Assembly: GCA_038217285.1 (NCBI GenBank)
Contig: JBBQPO010000118.1
Location: 1 to 17,631 of the forward strand
Direction of reading: 5' to 3'
Origin: Chthonomonadales bacterium
GTDB taxonomy: Bacteria; Armatimonadota; Chthonomonadetes; Chthonomonadales; Chthonomonadaceae
DNA: 17,631 bases
Translations under genes and position numbers: made by a program
Part shown: piece by piece, positions 8,406-16,683 of the stretch
Layout of the letters: each line of letters opens with the position of its first letter
How positions within the stretch are numbered: the first letter of the stretch is position 1
The notes under the pieces: model-generated
The model's database searches: none
Seen by the model: the letters and a program-made list of their open reading frames with translations, nothing else
Told to the model about the DNA's origin: nothing

Positions 8406-8574
8406 CCTCCGACCGGGCTTCCCCGATAGACCCTGTGTGCAGATTCTTTTCGCGGTGAGGGCAGGAGGAACTTTCCTGATCTAAGAAAACGCCGGAGGCA
8501 GGCATTTGCATGCCGGAGGGTGAAAATAGCGGCAGCGGCCTTCGATCCGCCCCACTCTTTTCGAGGAGAAACCC

Positions 8575-8946
8575 GTGGCTATACGCATTCACGAACTCAA
8601 CCATGTGGCGCTGCATGTCAGCGATCTGGACGCCTCCATGCATTTTTACGGTGAGGTCATCGGCCTGCCGCAGAAAGCGCGGCCCGCCTTCGATTTCCCC
8701 GGCGCATGGTATGCCTTCGGCAACCAGGAACTGCACCTGATAGCCGACCCCAACCTGGTTTCGGCATCACGTCGGCATCACCATTTCGCCCTGCTCGTGG
8801 ACGACACGTTCGCCGCGAAAGCGGAACTGACATCCAAAGGCATCACCGAGTTTCGCGGCCCCACCCCACGCCCCGACGGCGCGATGCAGCTTTTCTTTAC
8901 CGATCCCGATGGCTATGTCATCGAGATGTATACTGAAGCTCCCTGA
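8575..8946 (+). CDS. VOC (glyoxalase/bleomycin resistance) family protein
   Basis: LNHVALHVSDLDASMHFY, ELHLI, HHFALLV, FFTDPDGYVIE; GTG start with GAGGAG SD. Confidence 0.9.
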   Translation: MAIRIHELNHVALHVSDLDASMHFYGEVIGLPQKARPAFDFPGAWYAFGNQELHLIADPNLVSASRRHHHFALLVDDTFAAKAELTSKGITEFRGPTPRPDGAMQLFFTDPDGYVIEMYTEAP

Positions 8947-8994
8947 GGTGAGCGCGTGAGGGCGAGCGCTGCAAAGAAAGAATGAGGTGAGATC

Positions 8995-9672
8995 ATGGCT
9001 CGAAAGCAACAATCTCGCGGAGCATGCGGGTTTTGTGGAAAAGAGATGACTCGGGGGGGCATGCTGAAACATCTTGCCACCTGCGCAGCCCGTCTACACG
9101 CGATCGGAGAAGCGGATGGAGCGCGCGGGATTGTGGAATGGATCTACCATCTGCAAGTACGGGACGCCTGGGGCGGCGACTACTGGCTGAATCTGGAGAT
9201 GCCCGGCTCGGCGAAACTAAAGGATCTGGACAGCTATCTGCGCGTCATCTGGCTGGAGTGCTGCGGACACATGAGCAGTTTCGCTTTCATCAAGTGGACG
9301 AAGGATATTCCCATGGCGACTCGCATCGACCGCGTCTTCATGATCGGAACCGAAGTCACTCATATCTACGACTTCGGTTCGTCTTCCGAAACACTGGTCA
9401 AAGCGGTAGATACCCGGCAAGGTAAGGCGCTGACCTCGCGTCCTGTCTACCTGATGGCTCGCAACGGTATGCCGGAAACGGAGTGCATGGAGTGCGACGA
9501 GCCGGCGAAATGGCTGTGTTCGCAATGCATGATGGAAGGCGAGGATTCCGGGCTACTCTGCGCAAAACATCTCAAAACGCATCCGCACGACGATTATGAA
9601 CCACTTCCGGTCGTCAACTCGCCTCGGATGGGCATGTGCGGGTATGATGGCCCTGCCAAGCCTCCCTATTGA
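8995..9672 (+). CDS. Cys/His-rich hypothetical protein with plasmid pRiA4b ORF-3-like central domain
   Basis: N-terminal CGFC...HLATC, central LKDLDSYLR..WLECCGHMSSF and YDFGS, C-terminal CxxC..CxxC..CxxH; GAGGTG SD. Confidence 0.75.
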   Translation: MARKQQSRGACGFCGKEMTRGGMLKHLATCAARLHAIGEADGARGIVEWIYHLQVRDAWGGDYWLNLEMPGSAKLKDLDSYLRVIWLECCGHMSSFAFIKWTKDIPMATRIDRVFMIGTEVTHIYDFGSSSETLVKAVDTRQGKALTSRPVYLMARNGMPETECMECDEPAKWLCSQCMMEGEDSGLLCAKHLKTHPHDDYEPLPVVNSPRMGMCGYDGPAKPPY

Positions 9673-9915
9673 CGAAGCACGAAAAGCGCAATCGCCCATT
9701 GCGTAATACAAACGATGTCTAGTACCCCGTCATGGTAGTAAGCTTACATTCATTCCGAGAGCGCAAAGGCATTTTCCGAACCCTCGGGAGCATAAGGAAA
9801 CTACCGTGAAGAGGTACTTAGGCAACGCGCAACAATTGCCGCTGGATTTCAAACACAGTTTTGACCGCATCTGAGGCAAAAACTTCAGGCGATTATTATT
9901 GGGCGTTGCCTTAGG

Positions 9916-10029
9916 CTAATTAGCAGGTGGATTGTTGCGCAGGTGTTTGTCGGCCCAGGTAAGCGTCCCCTCCCAATCTTCCAGTGTCACATTGTGCCTG
10001 CCAGGACGCAGGTAGGAGCTGATCGTGCC
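9916..10029 (-). pseudogene. C-terminal remnant of an alpha/beta-hydrolase, CE15/glucuronoyl-esterase-like
   Basis: GTISSYLRPGRHNVTLEDWEGTLTWADKHL-stop resembles the recalled CE15-like C-terminus (IGYHxRPGxHxxTxxDWxxxxxFADxH); the upstream part of the frame shows no such similarity. Confidence 0.5.
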
Positions 10030-10145
10030 TCTATATTGAAGGATTATCGCCGTGAAACAGCGAAACTCATCGTCATCACAGGAATGCGGAGGAGTTGCGG
10101 GTGGCACGACCCTCTACCAGGGGCACAATCGCAGAGCCGACCTCG

Positions 10146-10250
10146 CTAGCTATCTGTGTTGAGGACTTTCTGGCCGATATTTGGCTGGCTAATCCAGCGC
10201 CACATCCCGTGCGCGCTTATGATTCTGACCTGGCTCAGTTCGCCGCTTTC
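10146..10250 (+). pseudogene. N-terminal (SAM-like) remnant of a tyrosine recombinase/integrase
   Basis: VEDFLADIWLANPAPHPVRAYDSDLAQFAAF matches the XerC/D N-terminal pattern FL..L......S..T.RAY..DL..F..F; no catalytic domain follows. Confidence 0.6.
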
Positions 10251-10408
10251 CAGTCGGGCGCAGCCAGAAAAACCGCATTCGGGCAACGCTCAATAAGTAT
10301 CGTGATTACTAAAAACTTCACTGGCACTAGAAAAAATAGAGACGGCCCAACTATGGTTCGCATTCCAGGCTTAGCATTTGGTCCGGGCCCTCTGATAAAG
10401 GAGCAAAA

Positions 10409-11884
10409 GTGGAACGGCGCGACTTCTTGAAAAACACACTGTGCGGTGCGGTGGGGCTGAGTCTGGGGCCTAGCGCCCAGGCGGTAGAAAAGCGACCTAA
10501 CGTCGTGTTCATGCTCGCGGATGATCTTGGTTGGCGCGATCTTGGCTGTTACGGCAGTACCTTTTACGAAACGCCCCACCTGGACCGGTTGGCGGCGCAG
10601 GGCGTACGCTGCACGCAGGCTTATGCGGCGTGCCCGGTCTGCTCGCCTACGCGCGCCAGTTTGCTGACAGGCCAATATCCGCCTCGCACCGGCGTGACAG
10701 ACTACATCGGCGCCCCGCAGCCGGAGCAGTGGCGCCATAATACGAGACTTTTGCCCGCGTCTTATGAGGAACACCTGGCACTCGAAAAAGTGACATTTGC
10801 CGATTCATTGAAGGCGCAAGGCTACGCGACAGGATTTTTCGGCAAGTGGCATCTGGGCGGCCCTAAATTCTTTCCCGAGCACCAGGGCTTCGACGTGAAT
10901 ATCGCCGGTTGTGCTATGGGGCATCCAGCGACGTATTTCAGTCCCTATAAAATCCCGACGCTCGTCGATGGACCGCCCGGCGAGCATTTGCCTGACCGTC
11001 TGGCACGCGAAGCGTGCCAATTTATCCAGGCTAATAGATCACGGCCGTTTCTGGCCTATCTGGCGTTTTACGATGTGCATACGCCGCTGATGGCGCGCGA
11101 GGACTTGCGCCAAAAATACCTTGCGAAAAAGCAGAGACTGGGTCTTAAGGACGCATGGGGCCGGGAGGGGAAAAGCACCGTGCGTTTGACACAAGACCAT
11201 GCGGTTTATGCGAGCATGGTCGAGGCGATGGATCAAGCCGCCGGAAAAGTCCTGGCCAAATTGGATGAATTGGGTCTCAGCGAAAATACCATCGTAATCT
11301 TCACTTCGGACAACGGCGGGCTGGCGACCTCCGAAGGCTGGCCGACTGCCAATGTGCCACTGCGGGGCGGTAAAGGCTGGCTGTATGAGGGTGGCATCCG
11401 TGAGCCGCTGATAGTGCGCTGGCCCAGCGTGACGATGCCGGGTTCAATCAACGCCTCGCCGGTTACCAGCCCCGATTTTTACCCGACACTGCTGGGTGCC
11501 GCCGGCGCGGCGGCGCCGGCCAATCAAACCCTGGACGGTATCAATCTAAAGTCGATTTTGCAGGGCGGCGCCCCCCCGGAGCGCGCCTTGTGCTGGCACT
11601 ATCCTCACTACGGCAATCAGGGCGGCGCGCCGGGAGCGGCCATTCGGCGTGGCGATTGGAAACTTATTGAATGGTTCGAGGGCAGCCGACTCGAGCTTTA
11701 TGATCTGGCGCACGATATTGGCGAAACGCACGACATGGCGGTGCAAGAGCCGGTGCGCACACAACAACTGCGCGACGAACTGCACGCCTGGCAGAAGCAG
11801 GTTGGTGCGATATTCCCCACGCCGAATCCGCACTATGCTGTAGGCGAGCCAGCGAGCTGCATCATTCCAGGCGCGGACAGTTAA
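10409..11884 (+). CDS. Tat-exported formylglycine-dependent (S1) sulfatase, Cys-type
   Basis: Tat motif RRDFLK, PNVVFMLADDLGW, CSPTRASLLTG, GKWHLG, FTSDNGG, GGKGWLYEGGIREP, ELYDL; GTG start with AAGGAG SD. Confidence 0.94.
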   Translation: MERRDFLKNTLCGAVGLSLGPSAQAVEKRPNVVFMLADDLGWRDLGCYGSTFYETPHLDRLAAQGVRCTQAYAACPVCSPTRASLLTGQYPPRTGVTDYIGAPQPEQWRHNTRLLPASYEEHLALEKVTFADSLKAQGYATGFFGKWHLGGPKFFPEHQGFDVNIAGCAMGHPATYFSPYKIPTLVDGPPGEHLPDRLAREACQFIQANRSRPFLAYLAFYDVHTPLMAREDLRQKYLAKKQRLGLKDAWGREGKSTVRLTQDHAVYASMVEAMDQAAGKVLAKLDELGLSENTIVIFTSDNGGLATSEGWPTANVPLRGGKGWLYEGGIREPLIVRWPSVTMPGSINASPVTSPDFYPTLLGAAGAAAPANQTLDGINLKSILQGGAPPERALCWHYPHYGNQGGAPGAAIRRGDWKLIEWFEGSRLELYDLAHDIGETHDMAVQEPVRTQQLRDELHAWQKQVGAIFPTPNPHYAVGEPASCIIPGADS

Positions 11885-11942
11885 ACCGCGTCCCATCATC
11901 CCGGTCGTCATCGCCCAGAACGGCCCCGGAATTCGGCGAGTA

Positions 11943-11991
11943 TGCTAAAATCCATGGGGGTACCTTCCTTCTAGTCCATGGGAAGGTAGCC
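11943..11991 (+). promoter_or_regulatory. Extended -10 promoter and 5' hairpin for the second sulfatase/maturase operon
   Basis: TGCTAAAAT at 11943-11951 (TGn-TAAAAT), then stem TACCTTCC/GGAAGGTA (11961-11988). Confidence 0.5.
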
Positions 11992-12012
11992 AATGAGGCA
12001 GAGAGGAGAGCC

Positions 12013-13788
12013 ATGTCGAAAACTGCTTTTGGGCGAATGAGCCGTCGTCGTTTTACAGAGTCGCTGGGCGCAGCCGTTGCGCTGGGCTGGACGGCGCACG
12101 AGCAGGCGGAGGCGCAGGCTGCCCCGAACGCAGCGGGACGACCGAATATCCTGGTGATCCTGGCTGACGACATGGGTTTTTCCGATCTAGGCTGCTACGG
12201 GGGGGAGATTCGGACTCCGCACCTCGATCGTCTGGCGGGAGAGGGCGTACGTTTTACGCAGTTCTACAACACGGCGCGCTGCTGCCCGTCCCGCGCGTGC
12301 CTGCTGACCGGCCTCTATCCGCATCAGGCAGGCATCGGCCACATGGTCGAGAACCGGGGGCTGGACGGCTATGCGGGCGACCTGAATGAACACTGTCTTA
12401 CCATCGCGCAGGTGCTCAAAACCGCTGGCTACGCGGCCTATATGACGGGAAAGTGGCACGTCACCAGATCCGTGACCGCCGACGGTCCTAAAACCGGGTG
12501 GCCACTCCAGCGCGGCTTTGACCGCTACTACGGCCTGGTTCACGGCGCCGCCAGTTACTGGGATCCCGGCGTCCTGGCACGCGACAACACCCTGATCTCC
12601 GCATTCAACGATCCGGAATACACCCCGAACCGGTACTACTTCACCGATGCCATCACCGACAACACGATCCGGTTTCTGGATGAACACGCATCCCGCGCGC
12701 CCGGCAAGCCGTTCTTCACGTACGTGGCCTATACAGCCGCCCACTGGCCCCTCCATGCGCCGGAAGAGGAGATCGCCAAATACCGCGGCGCCTACGACAG
12801 AGGCTACGAGCCGATCCGCAAAGGACGTTTCGAGCGGCTGAAAAAACTCGCTCTGCTGCATGCGGATTGGGAGCTCAGCCCGCAGGCGGGGGACTGGAGC
12901 GCAGTCGAGGAGAAGGGCTGGGAGGCGCGCTGCATGGAGGTCTATGCCGCTCAGGTGACGCGCATGGACGCTGGCGTCGGGCGCATCGTCGCGAGCCTGC
13001 GGAAGAGCGGCCAACTGGACAACACGCTTGTGCTGTTCCTGCAGGACAACGGCGGCTGCGCCGAAGACATCAACCGTGAAGGGCATACCCCACGCGCCGA
13101 CCATCCTACCCTCCCGACCATCGGCAAAGAGGTAGTGCGCATGGAGGAGCGGCCCCGCCAGACCCGCGACGGTTATCCGATCCTCGGCGGCAAAGACGTG
13201 CTGCCGGGTCCGGCGGATACCTACCTCTCCTATGGCAAGAACTGGGCCAATGTCTCCAACACGCCCTTCCGGGAGTACAAGCACTGGGTGCATGAGGGCG
13301 GCATCGCCACCCCGCTCATCGCCCACTGGCCGAAGGGGATTCCACGGCACAATGCGCTGGAGTCGCAGCCCGGCCATCTCATCGACATCATGGCGACCTG
13401 CGTCGCGGTCTCCGGCGCAAAATACCCGACCGAATGGAACGGTCGGTCGATCACGCCTCTGGAAGGTCGGAGCCTGACGCCGGCCTTCGCCGGAGCGCCG
13501 ATCCAGAATCGGCAGGCGCTCTTCTGGGAGCATGAGGGCAACCGCGCGCTGCGTATCGGTCGATGGAAGCTGGTGGCGAAATCGCCGCGCGGCAAGTGGG
13601 AACTGTACGACATGGAGCATGATCGCACGGAGCTGCACGATCTCGCAGAAGCGCAGCCGGAGCGTACCCGGGAGATGGCGGCGGAGTGGGAGAGATGGGC
13701 AAAACGGACCCACGCCCTGCCCTGGCCATGGAAGCCGCCGTATGGAACGACTGCGCTGATCGGCCCCCAGACCTTTACGCTCAAGTAG
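12013..13788 (+). CDS. Tat-exported arylsulfatase (S1), Cys-type
   Basis: SRRRFT twin-arginine signal, PNILVILADDMGFSDLG, CCPSRACLLTG, GKWH, AHWPLHA, DNGG, WANVSNTPFREYK, HEGGIATP, WEHEGN; GAGGAG SD. Confidence 0.95.
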   Translation: MSKTAFGRMSRRRFTESLGAAVALGWTAHEQAEAQAAPNAAGRPNILVILADDMGFSDLGCYGGEIRTPHLDRLAGEGVRFTQFYNTARCCPSRACLLTGLYPHQAGIGHMVENRGLDGYAGDLNEHCLTIAQVLKTAGYAAYMTGKWHVTRSVTADGPKTGWPLQRGFDRYYGLVHGAASYWDPGVLARDNTLISAFNDPEYTPNRYYFTDAITDNTIRFLDEHASRAPGKPFFTYVAYTAAHWPLHAPEEEIAKYRGAYDRGYEPIRKGRFERLKKLALLHADWELSPQAGDWSAVEEKGWEARCMEVYAAQVTRMDAGVGRIVASLRKSGQLDNTLVLFLQDNGGCAEDINREGHTPRADHPTLPTIGKEVVRMEERPRQTRDGYPILGGKDVLPGPADTYLSYGKNWANVSNTPFREYKHWVHEGGIATPLIAHWPKGIPRHNALESQPGHLIDIMATCVAVSGAKYPTEWNGRSITPLEGRSLTPAFAGAPIQNRQALFWEHEGNRALRIGRWKLVAKSPRGKWELYDMEHDRTELHDLAEAQPERTREMAAEWERWAKRTHALPWPWKPPYGTTALIGPQTFTLK

Positions 13789-13800
13789 CAGGAGAATTCT

Positions 13801-15159
13801 ATGCTCGCATCGCCCCTGCGCAGCGCACTGAAGCAGACGCTCCCGACCGCGTTTCATATCATGACGAAACCGATCGGCCCGATCTGCAATCTCGACTGTA
13901 CGTACTGCTTCTATCTCGAAAAGGAGAACCTCTATGAGGAAGAGCGGAGGACACGCCCTTCCTGGGAGATGGCGGACGACCTGCTGGAGAGCTATATCCG
14001 GCAGTACATCGAGCAGCAGGAGATCCCCGAGATAAGTTTTGCCTGGCAGGGCGGCGAGCCGACGCTTCTCGGTGTGCGGTTCTTCCGAAAGGTAGTCGCG
14101 CTGCAGCGCAAATATGCACAGGGGAAACAGATCCACAACGCGCTTCAGACCAACGGCACGCTTCTGGACGACGAGTGGGGCGGGTTTCTGGCCGACAACG
14201 ACTTCCTCGTGGGCCTGAGCATCGACGGCCCCGAACCGCTGCATGATGCCTACAGGGTGGACAAGCAGGGACGCCCCACCTTTGCGCAAGTGATGCGCGG
14301 GCTGGAGGCGCTGCAACGAAACGGGGTGGAGTACAACACGCTCACGGTCGTCCATCGCAAGAACAGTGTGCATCCCCTGGAGGTCTATCGCTTCCTCAAA
14401 CAGATCGGCTCGACGTTCCACCAGTTTATCCCGCTTGTGGAGCGCCGCCTGACCGCTCCACCGGCCGCGAACGGGCTCCTCCAGATCGGCCTCGCCCCGC
14501 CGCCGCAGGGCAAAGGGTCACGGTCGCCGGTGACGGAGTGGAGTGTGGAGAGCGAAGCGTACGGCGACTTCCTGATTGCCATCTTCGACGAATGGGTCCG
14601 CCGGGATGTCGGGAGCACCTTCGTACAGATGTTCGATGTCGCGCTGGGCATCTGGGCGCAGGCGGGCGGCGGGCTGTGCGTCTTCGCGCCGACCTGCGGA
14701 ACGGCGCTGGCGATGGAGCACAACGGCGATGTCTACGCCTGCGACCACTACGTCTACCCGGAGTACCGCCGCGGCAATATCCGGGAGACGCCCCTTGCGG
14801 AGATGGTGAACTCCCCCGAACAGAAGAAGTTCGGTCAGGACAAGGCCGACACGCTGCCTCCATACTGCCGCCGCTGCGAAGTGCGGTTCGCCTGCAACGG
14901 CGAGTGCCCGAAACACCGCTTCCTGAAGACGCCTGACGGCGACTGGGGACTGAACTACCTCTGTGCCAGCTACAAGCGGTTCTTCACCCACATCGACCCC
15001 GCAATGCAGATCATGACGCAGCTTCTCGCCGCCCGTCGCCCTCCTGCGGAGATCATGAACCTGCCTGGTCGATCACGAACACAGACAGTCGGCCGAAACG
15101 ATCCCTGTCCCTGCGGCAGCGGCCGCAAATACAAACATTGCTGCCTGAATCGTCCCTGA
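13801..15159 (+). CDS. Anaerobic sulfatase-maturating enzyme (radical SAM/SPASM, AtsB/AslB/ChuR-like) with C-terminal SEC-C motif
   Basis: CNLDCTYC radical-SAM motif, WQGGEP, QTNG, SIDG, SPASM cysteines (CVFAPTCG, YACDH, CRRC...CNGECPK, YLC), GRNDPCPCGSGRKYKHCC. Confidence 0.95.
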   Translation: MLASPLRSALKQTLPTAFHIMTKPIGPICNLDCTYCFYLEKENLYEEERRTRPSWEMADDLLESYIRQYIEQQEIPEISFAWQGGEPTLLGVRFFRKVVALQRKYAQGKQIHNALQTNGTLLDDEWGGFLADNDFLVGLSIDGPEPLHDAYRVDKQGRPTFAQVMRGLEALQRNGVEYNTLTVVHRKNSVHPLEVYRFLKQIGSTFHQFIPLVERRLTAPPAANGLLQIGLAPPPQGKGSRSPVTEWSVESEAYGDFLIAIFDEWVRRDVGSTFVQMFDVALGIWAQAGGGLCVFAPTCGTALAMEHNGDVYACDHYVYPEYRRGNIRETPLAEMVNSPEQKKFGQDKADTLPPYCRRCEVRFACNGECPKHRFLKTPDGDWGLNYLCASYKRFFTHIDPAMQIMTQLLAARRPPAEIMNLPGRSRTQTVGRNDPCPCGSGRKYKHCCLNRP

Positions 15160-15168
15160 ACGTTGCCG

Positions 15169-15212
15169 ACGGCGGAAATCAGGTTACGGATACGCCATTC
15201 TACCGCCGTTTC
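15169..15212 (+). terminator. Possible weak terminator after the maturase
   Basis: ACGGCGG (15169-15175)/CCGCCGT (15203-15209) with a long loop and short T run. Confidence 0.3.
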
Positions 15213-16361
15213 ACATCTAATAAGGCGGCCATCCGTCCTGCCAACACATTGCCGGGGGTGCCTTGCAGCAGCCCGACTTTCTTGGACAACGCGTCCAGGG
15301 TCGGACCATCCAGAGCCAAAACCGAAGAAAAGTGTCGGGTAGTGAAAACTTGTCAGCGATGGCAGCGGAAGATTTAGGTTATCCTCCTGCTTTGCTTGAT
15401 ACGCTTACGACTACATCGGTAGAGGGCTTTTTGCGGCGTCTCGAACGGAACCTCCAACCGCATCTACGTTGTCTGGCTGCCCAACTACTGAGCCCTCTCT
15501 TCTGCGGCCTCAAACGCACCCAGCCCCTCCAGAACTCCTTATCTTGTCCCTCAGATTTGTCGTTACAAGGGATCCCTTCTTCGCGCTTTACTTCCCGCCC
15601 GTAAACGAGCGGTCTGAGGCGGCAAGCCCCATAAATGGGGCTGTGTCCGGCGTTACCAGGTGGTTCCGTCAGGTTGTGGAGATCGATCCTCGCTTCTGTT
15701 GGACAGATCGATCCCGCTTCCAACCCGTACAGGCCCATTCATGGGCCTTGACATACCCAACAGGCTGCTCCTTTAGGGGCGGCGTACGGACAAGATAAGA
15801 GAACTCGGAGGGGCTGGAACCCTGTGCAGGACCACCTGGCGCTTTGTGCGCTATCGATCTCTTATGCGAACGGACGAACTCCCGAAACGAACTTTTCAAA
15901 AAAGACGCCGAGCGGATCTTCTCGCTACTCTCTAAAGGGAGATCTCCGCCGGCACAGAGAAGGAAATAGGATCTACTTCGGGGAGCCTGACCCTAACATA
16001 AGGATACTGGTATTCAGAGGAGTTGCCTGACCAGTTAAGAAGGGAAGTCCGTCCGACTGGAACGGGCTTCGTTAAAGTAAACAGCATGGGACCAATACCT
16101 ATCGCGATCCCGTGTCAGAAGCTGGTTCAGCGAGATGCACCGTGACGCCGCTAATTGTTGAGCATGTCGAAATGTATACCAAAGCTCCCTGACATTTCGG
16201 AGCATAGGTCTATCCAAGAGGCGCGAGATTGATGTCGCTGGATGAAGAGTTTTCAGGAAGTTGACCAGATCGCCTGTCTCCTGAGATGTGAAACTGACTC
16301 CAAAACGCCATGCTCCTGGAACAAACGCTGCGGGAAGTATAGTGGAAGGCGTGCTTGAGTA

Positions 16362-16390
16362 TTGACAAACACAAGCATATATGTTACATT
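16362..16390 (+). promoter_or_regulatory. Near-consensus sigma70 promoter upstream of the ice-binding protein gene
   Basis: TTGACA 16362-16367, 17-bp spacer, TACATT 16385-16390 preceded by TGn. Confidence 0.7.
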
Positions 16391-16683
16391 GCGGAACGGA
16401 AGGAAGTGTAGTGGGAAGCATACGCTGGTGAAAAGAAGGCTGAACATCCTGAAAATCGCGGGAACATTCGGGACATCGCTGCCGCTGACAGGTCACATAG
16501 ATGGAGCCATCACCGGTAGACAGTCCACTGGGAGGAGCCGTAAAGAGAACAGACAAATGAGGAGGAAATCAAGCTACAGAGACGCAGCCGACATCTGTGA
16601 CAACTCAGGATTTCCCGCTGAGTTGGGTACAGCCTCCTTTCTCGCACACGGATCGTGGGATCTCTTTCACAGGAGACCAAATA

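Noticed and set aside
9719..10330. CTAG-bounded segment (CTAGTACCCCGTCAT... / ...CACTGGCACTAG) as IS630-like ends
   Set aside because: The two ends match only over a few bases and no transposase remnant is recognisable between them
12187..14421. 744-aa minus-strand ORF
   Set aside because: Antisense shadow of the in-frame sulfatase and maturase genes; no recognisable domain
15680..15720. Direct repeat AGATCGATCC(T)CGCTTC, two copies
   Set aside because: Only two short copies 8 nt apart; not a CRISPR or iteron array, most likely a local duplication
16597..16683. 29-aa N-terminal extension of the ice-binding ORF
   Set aside because: AGGAG SD precedes ATG 16684 and the signal peptide only makes sense from there
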